Of a stretch of DNA of 64,000 nucleotides, positions 11,309 through 30,372 are shown one piece after another. The notes under the pieces were generated by a model. That model made no database searches. It saw only the letters and a list, made by a program, of their open reading frames with translations, and had not been told where the DNA came from. The first letter of the stretch is position 1, and each line of letters opens with the position of its first letter. This DNA is from Balamuthia mandrillaris (Eukaryota), in NCBI GenBank assembly GCA_031835245.2, contig JAVKOQ020000064.1:62001-126000 (forward strand). Direction: 5' to 3'. Position numbers and translations under genes: made by a program.

Positions 11309-13940
11309 ATGCAAGAGCGAAGAGACGCTCTTTGGGAGCAACTGCAGGCCTTCGCGAAGGATCCTGCACGTCAGGAGCTTACTCTATCATCTTCTTTATC
11401 TTCAGGTTGCTTCTCTCCCTCTCGTTTCTTTTCCAAAAAAAAAAAAGAACTAATACTTGAAATAAAAAGAGGAACGAAGAAAAGCTCATCGTTTGGCGGC
11501 TGTGTTGGAGTTGGACCACGTGAGCACCGGCAAAGGCAGCGAACGCTCCCTCACCATTCGCAAACGAAAGAGCGAGCCGAGAAAACAAGACGTTGCCATT
11601 GTCATTGATGTCGACACAAATTCAGCAGGAGAGGAGGAAGAGTTCTCCAAACACACAAAGAAGAGAGCCAAGAGCTCTCATTCGAATGGAGAAGAAGAAG
11701 AAAGCAAAAGCGTCTCGAAAACGACAACAACCACCACAACCCTAAGAAGAAGAAGCGCAGAGTCGGTGGACGGAGGGACGACGGCATGGAGGCCAAAGAA
11801 GAAGAAAATGACAGAAGCGGAGAAGCAAGAGCAAATGAAGCAACTTTTCGGAAAGAAAGCCACAACGCGTCGCTCTGCTGCTTTTGACTTTTTGGAGGCA
11901 CGAACCTATGTAAAGCCTGCCAAAAAAGTGCCGCCCAACGTCAACTTCACCAAAGTGAGCTTCTCTTTCTCTGTGTGCTCTTTTCTCTTTCATTTTTGCT
12001 TTCTTCTGAATTCTCTCCTTTGTCTTCTTCTCATTCTCTATTCTGTCTTAATTGTATCCTCATCGCACATCTTTGAAGGAACAAATAGCATTGATGGATT
12101 TAGTGCTGAGAGACAAAAAGAATGTATTCTTTACTGGCAGGTTTGTCTATCTCTCTGCTTTCTCCTCTCCTCGCCGCTATTCTCTTATGCTTGGTCCTGT
12201 CTTATTTTTTTGTACACCATAGTGCAGGGACAGGTAAATCGACAATCATTAGGCAGCTGGTTTACCTGCTGCCTGCCGCGTCCACCTTTGTGACGGCCTC
12301 CACTGGCGTCGCTGCTGTCAATATAGGCGGCATCACTCTCCACCAATTCGCTGTTTGTTCCTTCTCTCTTCTTTTTCTTCTTCTTCTTCTTCTTCTTCTT
12401 CTTCTTCTTCTTCTTCTTCTTCTTTGTCTCGTTATTTTTTACCAAACCAAATTTGTATCTCTACAGGGAATTGGATTAGGCGAGGGAACAAAAGAAGAAC
12501 TGTTACAACGAGTTCTATCCAACTCGTTCTGCTGCGAATGGTGGCGGTGCGCCAGAGTGCTGATAATAGACGAAATATCAATGATTGATGCTCAACTTTT
12601 CGATGCTCTCAACTTCATCGCAAAAAACGTGAGAGAGAACGATCAACCGTTTGGTGGCATTCAACTAGTTTGTTGCGGCGACTTTTTTCAACTTCCTCCT
12701 ATTCGTCGTCGACACGAACGAACGAAGATAGAAAGTGGTAAGACAGAAGAAGGAGAAGAATATGAAAGAAGACAAGAAAGAGAAGAAGAGCAACAAGAAG
12801 CAAAGTTTTGTTTTGAAGCACAATCGTGGAAAAAATGTATTCAAATGGAGGTTGAGTTGACAGAAATCTTTCGGCAGAAAAAGGATCCACTCTTTCTCAA
12901 CATGCTCAACAACGAAATTCGTTTCGGCCGTTGCTCGGAAGAATGCCAACGACTGTTGATGAAAGCTTGCCATCGTCCTCTTCTTTCTTCTTCTTCCACC
13001 ACTTTTTCTTCTCCTTCAACTTCAAATACCAATCAACTCTCGATCGAACCGACGAGACTATTCTCGCTCAACAAGAACGTGAACGAGTTGAATGACAAGA
13101 TGTTGGCCACATTGCCTGGTAAAGGCAAATGCTTTGTTTGTCAGGACCACGGCAAAGAACCATTTGTACATACTTTGGACAAGACACCGGCTCCTCGCGA
13201 ACTAAAACTTAAGGTTCGTTCTTTGCTTCTTCCTAATCGTTTCTTTGTTTCTTTTCTCTCTCTCTCTCTCTCTCTCTCACCTTTCTTTGATGCTTCCTGT
13301 TTTGTGTTGCCAAAAAGATAGGAGCACAAGTAATGTTAGTAAAGAATTTGGATGTAAGGAGAGGTCTGGTAAACGGAACTCGCGGCGTGGTAATAGGATG
13401 GGATGACACGCGAAAGGGATATCCCCGTGTCCGGTTCTTGGATGGAGAGGAGATGACCATGGAACCTGTTAAATGGGTCTTGGAAGCCTCTGGAGAACCT
13501 CTGGCTGTTCGTTTCCCTCCTTCTCTTTTACTGATTCGGTGGCATTTGTTTGGCTAACAAAAACAAAAAAGGCACGACGACAAATCCCATTAAAGCTAGC
13601 GTGGGCAGTCAGCATCCACAAGAGCCAAGGCAGCACCCTCGACAGAGCTGAAGTCTCTCTGGCACGCGTGTTCGAGTACGGCCAAGCTTACGTTGCGCTC
13701 TCTCGGGTAGCCTCCTTGGACGCTCTCTCTTTGCTCAACTTTAGCCCCGGAGCGATTCGAGCCCATCCCAAAGCGCTTCAATGGCATCGCAAAACGTTTC
13801 CTTCTTCTTATTCCCCTTCTGCCTCTTCATCGTCTTCGCATTCTTCTCATGCCATGTTGGACAAAACGAAAACGCAAGAGGAAGAGGAAGACGAAGAACA
13901 AGAAGTTGAAGTTGTGGATTTGACTATGGCCTGCAAATGA
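11309..13940 (+). CDS. PIF1: Pif1-family SF1B 5'-3' DNA helicase with N-terminal R3H domain
   Basis: Motifs [87 protein letters not shown]-terminal [35 protein letters not shown] is R3H-like. Confidence 0.93.
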
Positions 13941-14089
13941 GAAGAAGCAAAATAACAAAGAAGGAAGAAGACGAAGAAGGAAGAAGCAAAGTAGGAGCAA
14001 GAAGACTGAAGAAAGAAGAAGGAAAACTTATTTATATTTGTACAAACTAATCAACAAAAATGATTTCAGAAAAAAAAAAGAAAAAAGAC

Positions 14090-16192
14090 TCAAAACAAAG
14101 CATTCCACTCCTCTCCAAACAGATGAACCGTATTGGCATCCATTTCGAGCTTCAGCTCTTCCATCTCCTTCTCCATGTCCATCGACAAATGCCAGCTTCT
14201 CTCCAGCTCTGCCAGCGCCTCTTCCGTCGTCATTGTGGGCGGGACGATGCCTTGATGTTGTTGTTGCTGCTGATCAAAGGATGAGGAGGAAGAAAGAAAG
14301 TTATCTTCGTTCTGTCCTGATGATGGGTCATCTGAAGAAGGAGGATGAAGAAAGACTTGTTCCATGGAAGCGGTTAGTGCTGCCTCGTTTAATCCATCTT
14401 CCAAAGATGAAGCAAACGAGGTGGGAGAAGACGAAGAAAGAGAGATTGGGGTGATGGTTGTCGTTGTCGCTGTTGCGAGAGGAGCAAGATGCGTAACAAG
14501 CGGAAGCGGAGAGGAGGCATTTCGACAGCGATGACGAATGCGTCGAGAAGCCAGTTGTCCGCTGCCTCTTCTTCTGGGTTTCTGCGGCGAATTGTGCACC
14601 AACGAGAGAGGATTCGTACGAATTTGGTGACGAGGAGAAACGGGCGGAGTCACAGAAGAGGTAAGTTCAGCAGGAGAACAAGAAGAAGGATGGGGTTGCA
14701 GATGAAGAAGATGATGGTGAGGATGAGGACAACTCATCTCAAGAGGTGGACGAGGAGAGTTAGGATGATAATTTGAATTCTGTTGTTGGTGTTGCTGCTG
14801 CTGTTGAGGAGGAGGAGGAGAAGGGCAGCAAGAAGAGAGAGGCGATGAATCCATGGTCATCATTCTCGGCGACGAAACGGGAGCGTAGGTGGTGTCATCG
14901 CAGCTTCTCCCGCGTGGGGTTGTTCCAGCAGGGGAAGAAGGAGAGAGAGGAGAGGAAGGAGAAAGAGGAGAACATGAACGTGATGGTGGATTGCAGCATG
15001 GATGGTGGTGATGATGATGACAAACAGGAGAAGAAGGGGAAGGAGAAGGTGGGGAATAGTGAAGAGGAAGAGAAGGATGATGAGGATGAGGATGATATAA
15101 AGGAGAATTGTGGTGGTGCTGGTGATGAAGAGGAAGGGGAGGGGTGGGACAAGGAGAATAAAAGTTGGCTTTGGCCTCTGATCCAAGAAGAGGAGACGAG
15201 GGGGTTGACGAAGACAGACTTGTTCCGCTCTCACCAACCTCTTCCATTGAATTTGTTACTGTCGTGGTCATTATATCTTGTTCCTCTTTTAGCTCTTTCT
15301 TTCTTCTCTTTTCATCCTCTCGTTCGTGTAGTTCTCCATCTCCTTGTTCGTCCTCTCCATCCTCCTCCTCTCTTCCGCTTTCTTGCTCCTCATCTTCATT
15401 CTCTTTCTTTGGCGAGTTGAATTGACTGTTGAAGAGAGCGTTCTGTTTGAGTTGCTTCACTTTGGCTCGTTTGTTCTGAAACCAGATTTGAACCTGCCGA
15501 GTGCTCAGCCCCAAGCGAAGCCCCAACGCATCTCGGACCTTGCGGTCGGGCAGAGGATCTTTGGCAAACTCCTCCTCTAACGCTTGGATCTGCTCGTCCG
15601 TCTTTCTTTGTCTTTGTCGCTTCAACGAAGAAGAAGGAGAGAAAGAAGGCGTTGAAGAAGCAGCGGAGGACGCCGAAGACAAAGAAGGAGAGAACGAATG
15701 AGAGCAAGAGGAAGGGAGGGAGGGGGAAGAGGAGGAGGAAGGAGAAGAAGGGGATGAAAGCGGAGAGGAGGAAGGAGAAGAGGTTAAAAAGTGATTCGGA
15801 GGAATGGGTAGAGTAGGAATGGTATAACTGCGAGGTCTTCTGCCAGCAGCTGTCGTGGCTGTTGATGGAGTTGAGGCCATCGGTTGGGCATTGTTCCTTT
15901 GCTCCATCAACATCATCATTGTCGGCGTGGTGATGTGAGCAGCAGTAGCTGCTGTTGCAGTTGGCGTCTGCTGGTGTGGTTGATGTGGCTGATGATGCTG
16001 TGCCACAGAGGGAGGAAGAGAGGGATGGTTCCACATTTGTCGTTCATTTTCGTCCTCTTCGGAGCAATCTCCAGAAAAATTGAAGCCTGTCATGAGCTCC
16101 TTATCCGGCTTCGGTTCAACAAAAGCTTGTTGATGTTGTTGCGGCTCATGAAGAGGATGATGATGAACGGTTGGGATGTTGAAATTGTTCAT
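14090..16192 (-). CDS. Homeodomain transcription factor (intronless, low-complexity flanks)
   Basis: KRQRQRKTDEQIQALEEEFAKDPLPDRKVRDALGLRLGLSTRQVQIWFQNKRAK carries the canonical WFQNxR helix 3. Confidence 0.92.
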   Translation of the reverse strand: MNNFNIPTVHHHPLHEPQQHQQAFVEPKPDKELMTGFNFSGDCSEEDENERQMWNHPSLPPSVAQHHQPHQPHQQTPTATAATAAHITTPTMMMLMEQRNNAQPMASTPSTATTAAGRRPRSYTIPTLPIPPNHFLTSSPSSSPLSSPSSPSSSSSPSLPSSCSHSFSPSLSSASSAASSTPSFSPSSSLKRQRQRKTDEQIQALEEEFAKDPLPDRKVRDALGLRLGLSTRQVQIWFQNKRAKVKQLKQNALFNSQFNSPKKENEDEEQESGREEEDGEDEQGDGELHEREDEKRRKKELKEEQDIMTTTVTNSMEEVGESGTSLSSSTPSSPLLGSEAKANFYSPCPTPPLPLHHQHHHNSPLYHPHPHHPSLPLHYSPPSPSPSSPVCHHHHHHPCCNPPSRSCSPLSPSSPLSPSSPAGTTPRGRSCDDTTYAPVSSPRMMTMDSSPLSSCCPSPPPPQQQQQHQQQNSNYHPNSPRPPLEMSCPHPHHHLLHLQPHPSSCSPAELTSSVTPPVSPRHQIRTNPLSLVHNSPQKPRRRGSGQLASRRIRHRCRNASSPLPLVTHLAPLATATTTTITPISLSSSSPTSFASSLEDGLNEAALTASMEQVFLHPPSSDDPSSGQNEDNFLSSSSSFDQQQQQHQGIVPPTMTTEEALAELERSWHLSMDMEKEMEELKLEMDANTVHLFGEEWNALF

Positions 16193-17580
16193 TCTTTTTG
16201 TTTGTTGATGAATGAGGTAATTATTTAGTCGTCTTCTCTCTTGGGCTTTGCCTTTCTTTGCTCGCTTTGGTGTTGTTGAAAGAAAACAAAGAAGAGAACG
16301 AACGAAAGAACGAAACCGAAAGAGGAACCTGAAAACAAAAAAATGAGTGCTCAACAAGAGAGAAAGTTATCTGCCTCTGTTTGTTTGTTTGGTTACAAAG
16401 AAAAGAAGAACGGGAAGTTAGGTTTATGCGTCTCTGGCAGACACAAAAGGGAGAGAGGGAGAGAAGGAGAAGAAGAAGAGCAGAAACGCCAACTCGATCG
16501 ACCAAACAAATAATATACACATTTTAAAAAATATATACCATACAAACACAAACGAACCAATTTTTTTTTGAAAAAAAAAGAGCTATGATTCAGGCTCTCT
16601 CGTTTTTTTTTTTCTATTTTTTTCTTTTGTGGTTGTTTTTTTTTTTCATAAAAAAAAATAGAAATAAATATAAAAATAAAAACAATTTTGAAAGCAGCAA
16701 AAAAAAAATTGTTTGTTTGGACATAAAGTGACACATGCGTTGTGACATGTTTGACCGCCCAACAAATAAATAAATAAATAAATAAATAAAAATAAAAATA
16801 AAATATTTTTTTTTGTTTTGATGAATGCCACTCTTGGTCTTCTCTCTCTTCTCTCTCTCTCTCTCTCGCTCTCTTGGCTTGTTGGATTTCAGATGTAATG
16901 TTTTTTTTTCGCTTTGAATGGAGCTCTCTGTCTCTCTGTCTCTCTCTTCCGGTCTTTTTTTAAATATTTGGTTTGGGAGAGGAAAAAACTCTTTCTCTCT
17001 ACTCTCTCTTGTGGTTCGCTTTCGCAACTCTGGTTCTTTTTTTCGTTTTCCTCTTCGCGATCGAGTAACTCTCGATCTATTTTAACCAAACAAAAAAAAA
17101 AAACAGCATACCTTGCGTGTGTGTATGTGTTAACACGCTACTAGCATCAGTGGAGGTCGAAAAAAAAAGAAGAAAAAGAGAGAGAGAGAGGAGGCGTTGA
17201 TGTCTCTCCTCTCTTCTTGTGCGCACAACAAGAAAGAAAAAAAATAGAGAGAGAAAGAGAGAAACGCTTTCTGACTTTCTCGTTCTTTTTTTGTTTTATC
17301 TGTTGTTGTGGTGCTGCACAAAAGGAGCAGAGGAGGAGCGATCCAAGCTCGGGTAATTCCGGTTTCGCGCAGTTGCCATGTATAGATAATTTAACCTGTG
17401 AATGTTTTCACCTAAAAAGGCAATTTCCTCGTGGAATTTTAAGGAGTTGTAATGCTCCTATTTGCTTGAACACCCACGTCGTCCCGAAAATAAGATTTCG
17501 GGTCGTCCTGGATAAACCATGTCGTCATGATATATCAACAAAAGAAGAAAAAAAGTAACGCAGAAAGAAAGAGAGAGAAG

Positions 17581-18079
17581 ATGAAGACATCAGCCGATAG
17601 GCCGCTGGCCACGTCCACCCACTGGGATTTTTTCTGTATAAAACACTCGCCCAACGAGAGGGAGTACGTCCTGCGCAATCAGAAGCACCCGTTTCCTTTG
17701 CTCGCCCGTTTTCTGTGGCTGTTGACCGCTTTGCAAGGCGTCCTGCTGCTCCTTGGTCGCTCCTCGTCTTCAGCATCATCGTCATCGTTGGGGTTTTGGT
17801 TGTTTGTGGTCACGTTGCTTCTCGCTCTTGCCAAAACCTATTTTCGGATAACTTCTGTTTCTGAGGGTACCCTCCTCCCTTTGCTTCTCCTTGCTTCTGT
17901 CTGTCTCATCTCTCTTCTCCGCTTCTCTTGTTCTGTCATTCTCTTTCTCCTCCTCTGCTCACTCTCTGTTCTCTCGTTCTCATTCTCATTCTCTTGCCGT
18001 CTCTTCTCTCTTCTCTCTTCTCTTCTCTCTTCTCTCTTCTCTCTCTCATTCTCTGATCTTCCTTCTCTGCTTCTCTCCT

Positions 18080-18111
<32 letters not shown>

Positions 18112-18595
18112 GCTCTCCTTTCTCTTCGCCCTTCTCACTTCTCCACTCACCTTCCACCACACAACAGAACGGCTTTTGGTGATGAGAGACTTGGGCGTGC
18201 AGCTCACCACAAAACTCTACAGCGGCGCGCAGAGCCGGCAGTTCATCGAGAAGGAGCTGCTGGAGAGCGTCTTCATCAACGAAGGGCTTGTCACCTACCA
18301 GATACTCTACTACCTGGCCTTGAAGCTCAAAGGACACAACCGGTTGGTCCTTCCTTTCCAGGTACCCTTCTGCTGCTTCCTTGTTGTTCTTTGCTTCGTG
18401 GTCCTAACGCAGGGAACGAACGTTAAGCATGCATGCCCAAGACTGAGGGTGCTGCTGCCGATTTATAAAGGCACCAGAGCTTTGCTGTATGGTGATGATG
18501 ATGAACGAGAGGAGGGCGACGAAAGAGGAAGAGAAAAAGAGGAAGAGAAAGAAGAAGAAGAAAAGAATCGAAACAGGAGGCATGTTGATACGTAA
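17581..18595 (+). CDS. PIGH: GPI-GlcNAc transferase subunit PIG-H/Gpi15
   Basis: Two N-terminal TM helices, then ERLLVMRDLGVQLTT...VFINEG...YYLAL...LVLPFQHACPRL...IYKG, typical of PIG-H. Three exons. Confidence 0.85.
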
Positions 18596-18635
18596 TAACA
18601 GTCGAGCGCTTTTGCAAATGGAGTGAGAAGAGGAA

Positions 18636-18682
<47 letters not shown>

Positions 18683-19062
18683 AGAAGTGGGCGGAGGAGA
18701 AGTGGCGTAAGTTACGCAAAGGTAAGAAGAGAGAACGAGAGAGCGAGAACAAGAGAACGAGAGAGAGAGTGAGATGGAGGGAAGAGAGAAGAGAGTTGGA
18801 GAATGAGCGTGCAAGAAGGTAACAGAAAGAGAGGGAGAGAGGAGAGGAGAGCAAGAGGGGAGAGAAGTGACGAAGAAAAAACACAGAGAGTGGCGAACGT
18901 GAACGTGAAATGGGAGGAGAGAGAGAGAGAGTTAACGATAAAAGCGTGAAGGGGAGGTTTTTAGTGGTAGTGGGGAACAAAAAAAATAACAAATCAAACA
19001 TTTAAAAGTCGAAAAAAAAAATGATCCGCCTTTTGTTTTATATGTGTAAAAAAAAAACCAAC

Positions 19063-19425
19063 TTAAAACTCGGTGCTCTTCAGCAGGTCCTCTGCTTGTT
19101 TGTTGGCTTTTAGAAATCCGAAAACATGCACGAAAAAAATGGGGGGAAAAGGGGCGAATCAGATTAGTTAAAAGTGCCAAGGGAAAGACATTAATTCCAT
19201 CAAACAAGAGAGAGAGAGAGCTGAGAGAGAGAGATGAGAGAGAAGAAACGTACGAATGCGCTTCAGAGGTTTGCCGTTCTCCCAGGCCTCGATTCTCATG
19301 CTGACGGCATCTCGGTCGATGGCCTTGGTCCTGTACTCCGGCTTTAGCACTCGGCGCGTCAGCACGGCGCAGAGGTTGGCGTAGCGGAGGTAGGACATGC
19401 CGGCTTGCTTCCAGGGGGTCGACAT
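19063..19425 (-). CDS. ATP15: Mitochondrial ATP synthase F1 subunit epsilon
   Basis: MSTPWKQAGMSYLRYANLCAVLTRRVLKPE..WENGKP is the epsilon signature. Second exon PNKQAEDLLKSTEF* follows a GT-AG intron. Confidence 0.92.
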
Positions 19426-19805
19426 TGTTTATTATTTCTTAGATGCTTCTTCTTCTTCTTCTTCCTCTCTGTGTGGTTTGATTTGCTTTTTTCGCTCCAA
19501 ATAAAAAAAAATTATTTCTTTGTTATTTATTTTTTTCTTTCGGTGTTCGATTTGATGTCGACAATTCGGTGAACAAAAGCACGTCATTTCCTGCTCGATT
19601 CTATTTAATGTCGACAAAACTGCACGTATCCTGGTCTATTTGTGAACAAAAACTGCTGGAGTAAAATTTGCTGCTCAATGACTGCACTGCGGTTGCTCCT
19701 TTTGTGCTGCCTCATAACTGTGGACCACAACTTCTGCTCTACTTGTCCACCAAACACAAAAATAAAAGAAAGAAAAGATCAGATTTTGATTTTGCCCAGC
19801 AAGCA

Positions 19806-20289
19806 ATGCAAGCTCCTTCTCCATCTCTTCCTCCTCGACCTGGTTCTTCCATGCTGCCTGGTGGTCCCGCAGGTCCACCAGGAGGTCCGGCCGGTGCCCC
19901 TCCGCCGATGGCCCTCCCTCCCTTCCACACCCAGTTCAGCGGCTACGCGGTGGAGTTCAGCCCCTTTGAGGACAACAAGCTGGCGGTGGCCACCTCCCAG
20001 CACTTTGGCATCGTCGGCAACGGGCGGCAGTACGTGCTGCAGGTGGACCCCAAGGGAGGGGGCCTGATGGAGCTCATCAGCTTCGCCACGCAGGACGGCG
20101 TCTACGACTGCTCCTGGAGCGAGGAGAACGAGCACCACCTCGTCTCTGGCAGCGGTGATGGCTCCATTAAGGTTTTTTGGCTTTCCTTCTTTCGTGCTTT
20201 GCTTTGCTTCTTTTCGTTTCACTCTCTCCTACATGGTTATATATTGTTGTGCTTGTTCTCTCCACTTGTTTCTTGTTCTCTGCCCTCTG

Positions 20290-20349
<60 letters not shown>

Positions 20350-20406
20350 CTTCTTATGCCACTCTCTTCTTCGCTTGTGTTTTAAGTGTCTTTAAAGTCC
20401 TTGGCT

Positions 20407-20443
<37 letters not shown>

Positions 20444-20862
20444 CGCTCTCTCTCTTCTTCCTCTCTCTCTCTCTCTCTCTCTCACGCTCTCACCTCTCTT
20501 TATTTCTTTGCTTCTTCTTTCTTCTTCTGGTTTCTTCTGACCCTACGAAAACCAAACATCAACAACACAGTTATGGAACGTAGCTGCCCCACCTGAACAG
20601 AACCCTCTTCGCAGCTACGAGGAACACACTCACGAGGTCTACAGCGTGGACTGGAACCTGGTCAGCAAGGATACCTTCATCTCTGGAGCCTGGGACGACA
20701 CCATCAAGCTGTGGTCGCCGGAGAGGCCCCAAAGCTTGTCCACCTGGAAGGAGCATCAATACTGCATCTACTCCACCATTTGGTCACCCACGTCGGCCAC
20801 GTTGTTCGCCTCTGCCTCGGGAGATGGCACCCTTAAACTTTGGGAGACTAATGGTTTGTATC

Positions 20863-20896
<34 letters not shown>

Positions 20897-21830
20897 CTCT
20901 TCTTTCTTGGTTTCGCTCATTACTATTGCTTTCTATAACAGAGCGGCAGTCGGTGCTAACGATACCAGCGCACGAAACGTTTGAGATATTGACCTGTGAT
21001 TGGAACAAATACGATGAGAACATCATTGTCACTGGTTCAGTGGACAAATGCATCAAAACTTGGGTAACATACTCTATCCTATCTTCTCGTTCTCTTTATT
21101 GCTTTTTTTTTTGTGCGTCTTCTTTCTCTCTTCTGGAAAAGTTCGTTAACTAAAGACTTTAAACAATACAACAAAACACAAAAACAGGACATCCGGAAGC
21201 CAATGCAACCACTTCACACATTAAAGGGACACACTTATGCCGTCCGGCGGGTCAAATGCTCTCCTCACTCAGAAACCACCATCGCTTCTGTTTCATAGTA
21301 CTTCTTCGTTCTATTCCTCTTCTACTTGTTCTTGTTCTTGTTCTTGTTCTTGTTCTTGTTCTTGTTCTTCTTGTTCTTCTTCTTCTTCTTGTTCTTGTTC
21401 TTCTTCTTCTTCTTCTTCTTCTTCTTCTTCTTCTTCTTGTTCTTCTTCTTCTTCTTCTTCTTCTTCTTCTTCTTCTTCTTCTTCTCGCGCTCCTGCTTCT
21501 TGTATCTTGTATTTTTTTTCTTCTTCGTCTAACAGTAACGCTTCATTTCTTCTCAAAAAGTGATATGTCGACGATCATCTGGGATTTAGCTCATCCGGAA
21601 GACCCAATGTTGGCTCGTTACGAACAACACTCAGAGTTTGTGGTTGGTGTAGATTGGAACATTTTTGTGGAAGGCCAACTCGCCACTTGTGCTTGGGACG
21701 AACGTACCTATTTTTCTCTCCCCATTTCTCTTTTTTTCTTCTTCTTCGCTGCTTCTTCTTTCTGCTTTCTTCCTTATCATTTGAGTTAACTTTGTTCGAA
21801 ATAGTGGTTTGCGTATTTCACCAAGGATAG
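19806..21830 (+). CDS. PEX7: Peroxisomal targeting signal 2 receptor (WD40)
   Basis: [81 protein letters not shown]. Confidence 0.95.
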
Positions 21831-22174
21831 GATAACGAAATAAAGAATTTAAAGCAATGGAATGAGTTCAGTAAGAAAAAACGTGTTTAGAAAACAACAA
21901 ATGGTCTCTCCCTCTCTCTCTCTCTCTCTCTCTCACTCTCACATTGCAGCCAGGGCCACCTCTCTGTACTCTCTCTTCTCCCTCTCCCTCTCCCTCTCCC
22001 TCTCCCCTGTCGTTTCTCTGTTTCTCTTTCTCTCCTATTCCTCTTTTTAAATATCACAAATTCCTTAAACTCTTTTTTACTGAACTTAAATACATTTCGA
22101 AGCGTTTTTCTTTTTAAAAAATGAATCTTCTTCATTTCTTTTTCTGCTCTGTTCTTTCTTCCTTTCTTTTCTAT

Positions 22175-23655
22175 TCATGCGCTTCGCAATAGCGCCGCCA
22201 ATCCCTGCTCCACCACTTCCACCACTTCCGTCACGCTCATCGCCTCCTCCGCTTCGTTCACCCTCCTCCTCAGCTCCTCCACTTCCTCCTCTCGCCTCCT
22301 CCTCTTCTCCTCGTCCATAAAAGCCGATGAAGAAGCGGATATCAACTTTCGACAACGCACCCGCGAGTACGGTCTTGGATAATCCCCATCCAACAGAAGC
22401 TCACATCCACTCCCATTCTTGAACGTCACCGTTAACAAGCTCTCTTCCTCCGACCACAAAAAGGCGGTGGAAGCATTCCTCTTTTTTGTTGCTGCAGCCA
22501 TCAACGTTTCTATTTCGTTCTTTCGTTTGAGAGCATTGTTCAAACGGCCTTTGAGTTCGGGAAGCACGGCCCGAAGATCTTCTATGAGGCGAACAGAGGA
22601 GATGATGTCAGAAATGTTGATGAGCGGCGGGAACAGCGAGATCGACTCGACATGGGTTGTTTCCTCTTTCAGCTTTACAACCAGTTGAAACGTAGCAGAA
22701 GAGGAGGAAGAAGTAGAGGAAGACGTGATTCCTTGCAAAATGCTTTTGAGATTGATGGAATGCGGAGATGTGGTAGCAGAAGAGGAAGAAGAGGACGCAG
22801 CGAGAAGAGGAGTGAGAAGGAGGTGCATGGTTTGGCCGTCAAAGCTTTCGAGGGTGACGCCGGAGAGGGTTGTGATGGTGGCCGCCACCTCTTCGTACCA
22901 GGTCAGCATGGTTTGGTAATTTTGCAGAGTCTCCTCTTCTTGTGTGTCTTTGCGTTCGGCTTCTAACTCTTCATACACTTTTTTTTCGTTTTACAAACAA
23001 AAAGAACGAGAAATAAGACAAAAGAGAAAAAAAGAACGAAGAAAAGCTAGAGACAGAATAACGAGACAGCAAGAAAGAAGAAGCAAGAAAGAGGAGTACA
23101 CATACGTTCAGCGAGTTCAGAAATGATAGCCGCTTCCTCGCTTTTGACTTGCGCAATGTTGTTTCGCACCCGGTTGAGCTCTCCCTTCACCGCAGCAAGA
23201 GCTTCCTCTGGTGTTTGGGACAATAAATAAATAAAGGAATAAGATTAAAACTAAAACAAAAGCAGCAAAGAACAAAAAAAAAAGGTACCTTCCACGCGAA
23301 GAGCTTCACGGGTATGAAGGAGAGCGTCCTCCTCGTCCTCGTTCTCCACCAACAGGGCTTGCACGTTTTCCAGCTCTAACAACGCCGTTTCTTGCTCCAA
23401 AAATTGGGCTTCCCTCTGACTAAACGTTTGCTAAAAACCACATCAAAAAAAAAAAGAGTTAGATGAAGAAAGAAAGAGAGAGAGAGAGAAGAAAAGAAAA
23501 GTCACATTTGTGAGCCGTAATTGTTCCTCGATGGTGTGACTCTGGGAGACCTGGCTCAAAGCCTCCATGAACCGGAACCTCTCCCCCTCCGCCATGGTCT
23601 CTGCCACCACCGCCCCATCGGCTGCTCGACTCACGCCACACACTGCTGCCGCCAT
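22175..23655 (-). CDS. Coiled-coil plus tandem RWD-like kinetochore protein, probable Zwint-1/Sos7/Kre28 orthologue
   Basis: N-terminal coiled-coil exons, then WYEEVAATITTLSGVTLESFDGQTMHLLL...VESISLFPPLINISDII...LLTVTFKNGSGCELLLDGDYP. From memory this resembles plant and basidiomycete Zwint/Sos7; xYP is an RWD hallmark. Confidence 0.55.
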
Positions 23656-23662
23656 CCCACTC

Positions 23663-23700
<38 letters not shown>

Positions 23701-24188
23701 TAACCGTTGCTATTATTATTCGTGTGCAGAGGGGTAACTTTGTACGGGTAAAAAATGGCGGGAAAGCACTTTCCGCAACGAACTGCTCCTCAAGCGGAAC
23801 CTCAACAACAACAAAGGACAACAAAAACTGCACAAGCGGAGGACAAGTTTCAATGACGTCATCCTATCCAACAAAAGGAAATTTTACAAAATGTTTTTTT
23901 ACAAAAGTTTAGTACCCACCCCTCAGGCGATCCTAAATTTAGGACAAAAGTAAAGAAAAGAGAAGAAAGGAAAGAGAAGCGTTACAGGAGCGGTGGCGAA
24001 TTATTGGAACCCGTTCCGCTGCAGGCAATAACCATTAATTAAAAGAACAGACGACGCAACGGTTTCCTCTCCTTCATTCACTCCTCGCACAACAAAAAGA
24101 AAAACTAACACACCATCCTCTTTCTTTCATCGCGATTAACCACCGAAGAAGAAAAAAAAAAGAGAATTATTTCTTGTGGATTTGGTGA

Positions 24189-30296
<6,108 letters not shown>

Positions 30297-30372
30297 AACA
30301 CTGTTTTTGGGTTTGTTGTTGTTTTTAGTTTTGTAAAGTACACCTTATTGTTGTTATTGTTTTCTTTTGTTG

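Noticed and set aside
11309..13940. Pif1 helicase as part of the Helitron
   Set aside because: Intron-containing cellular-type Pif1 with no Rep domain, about 48 kb from the Helitron-like fragment.
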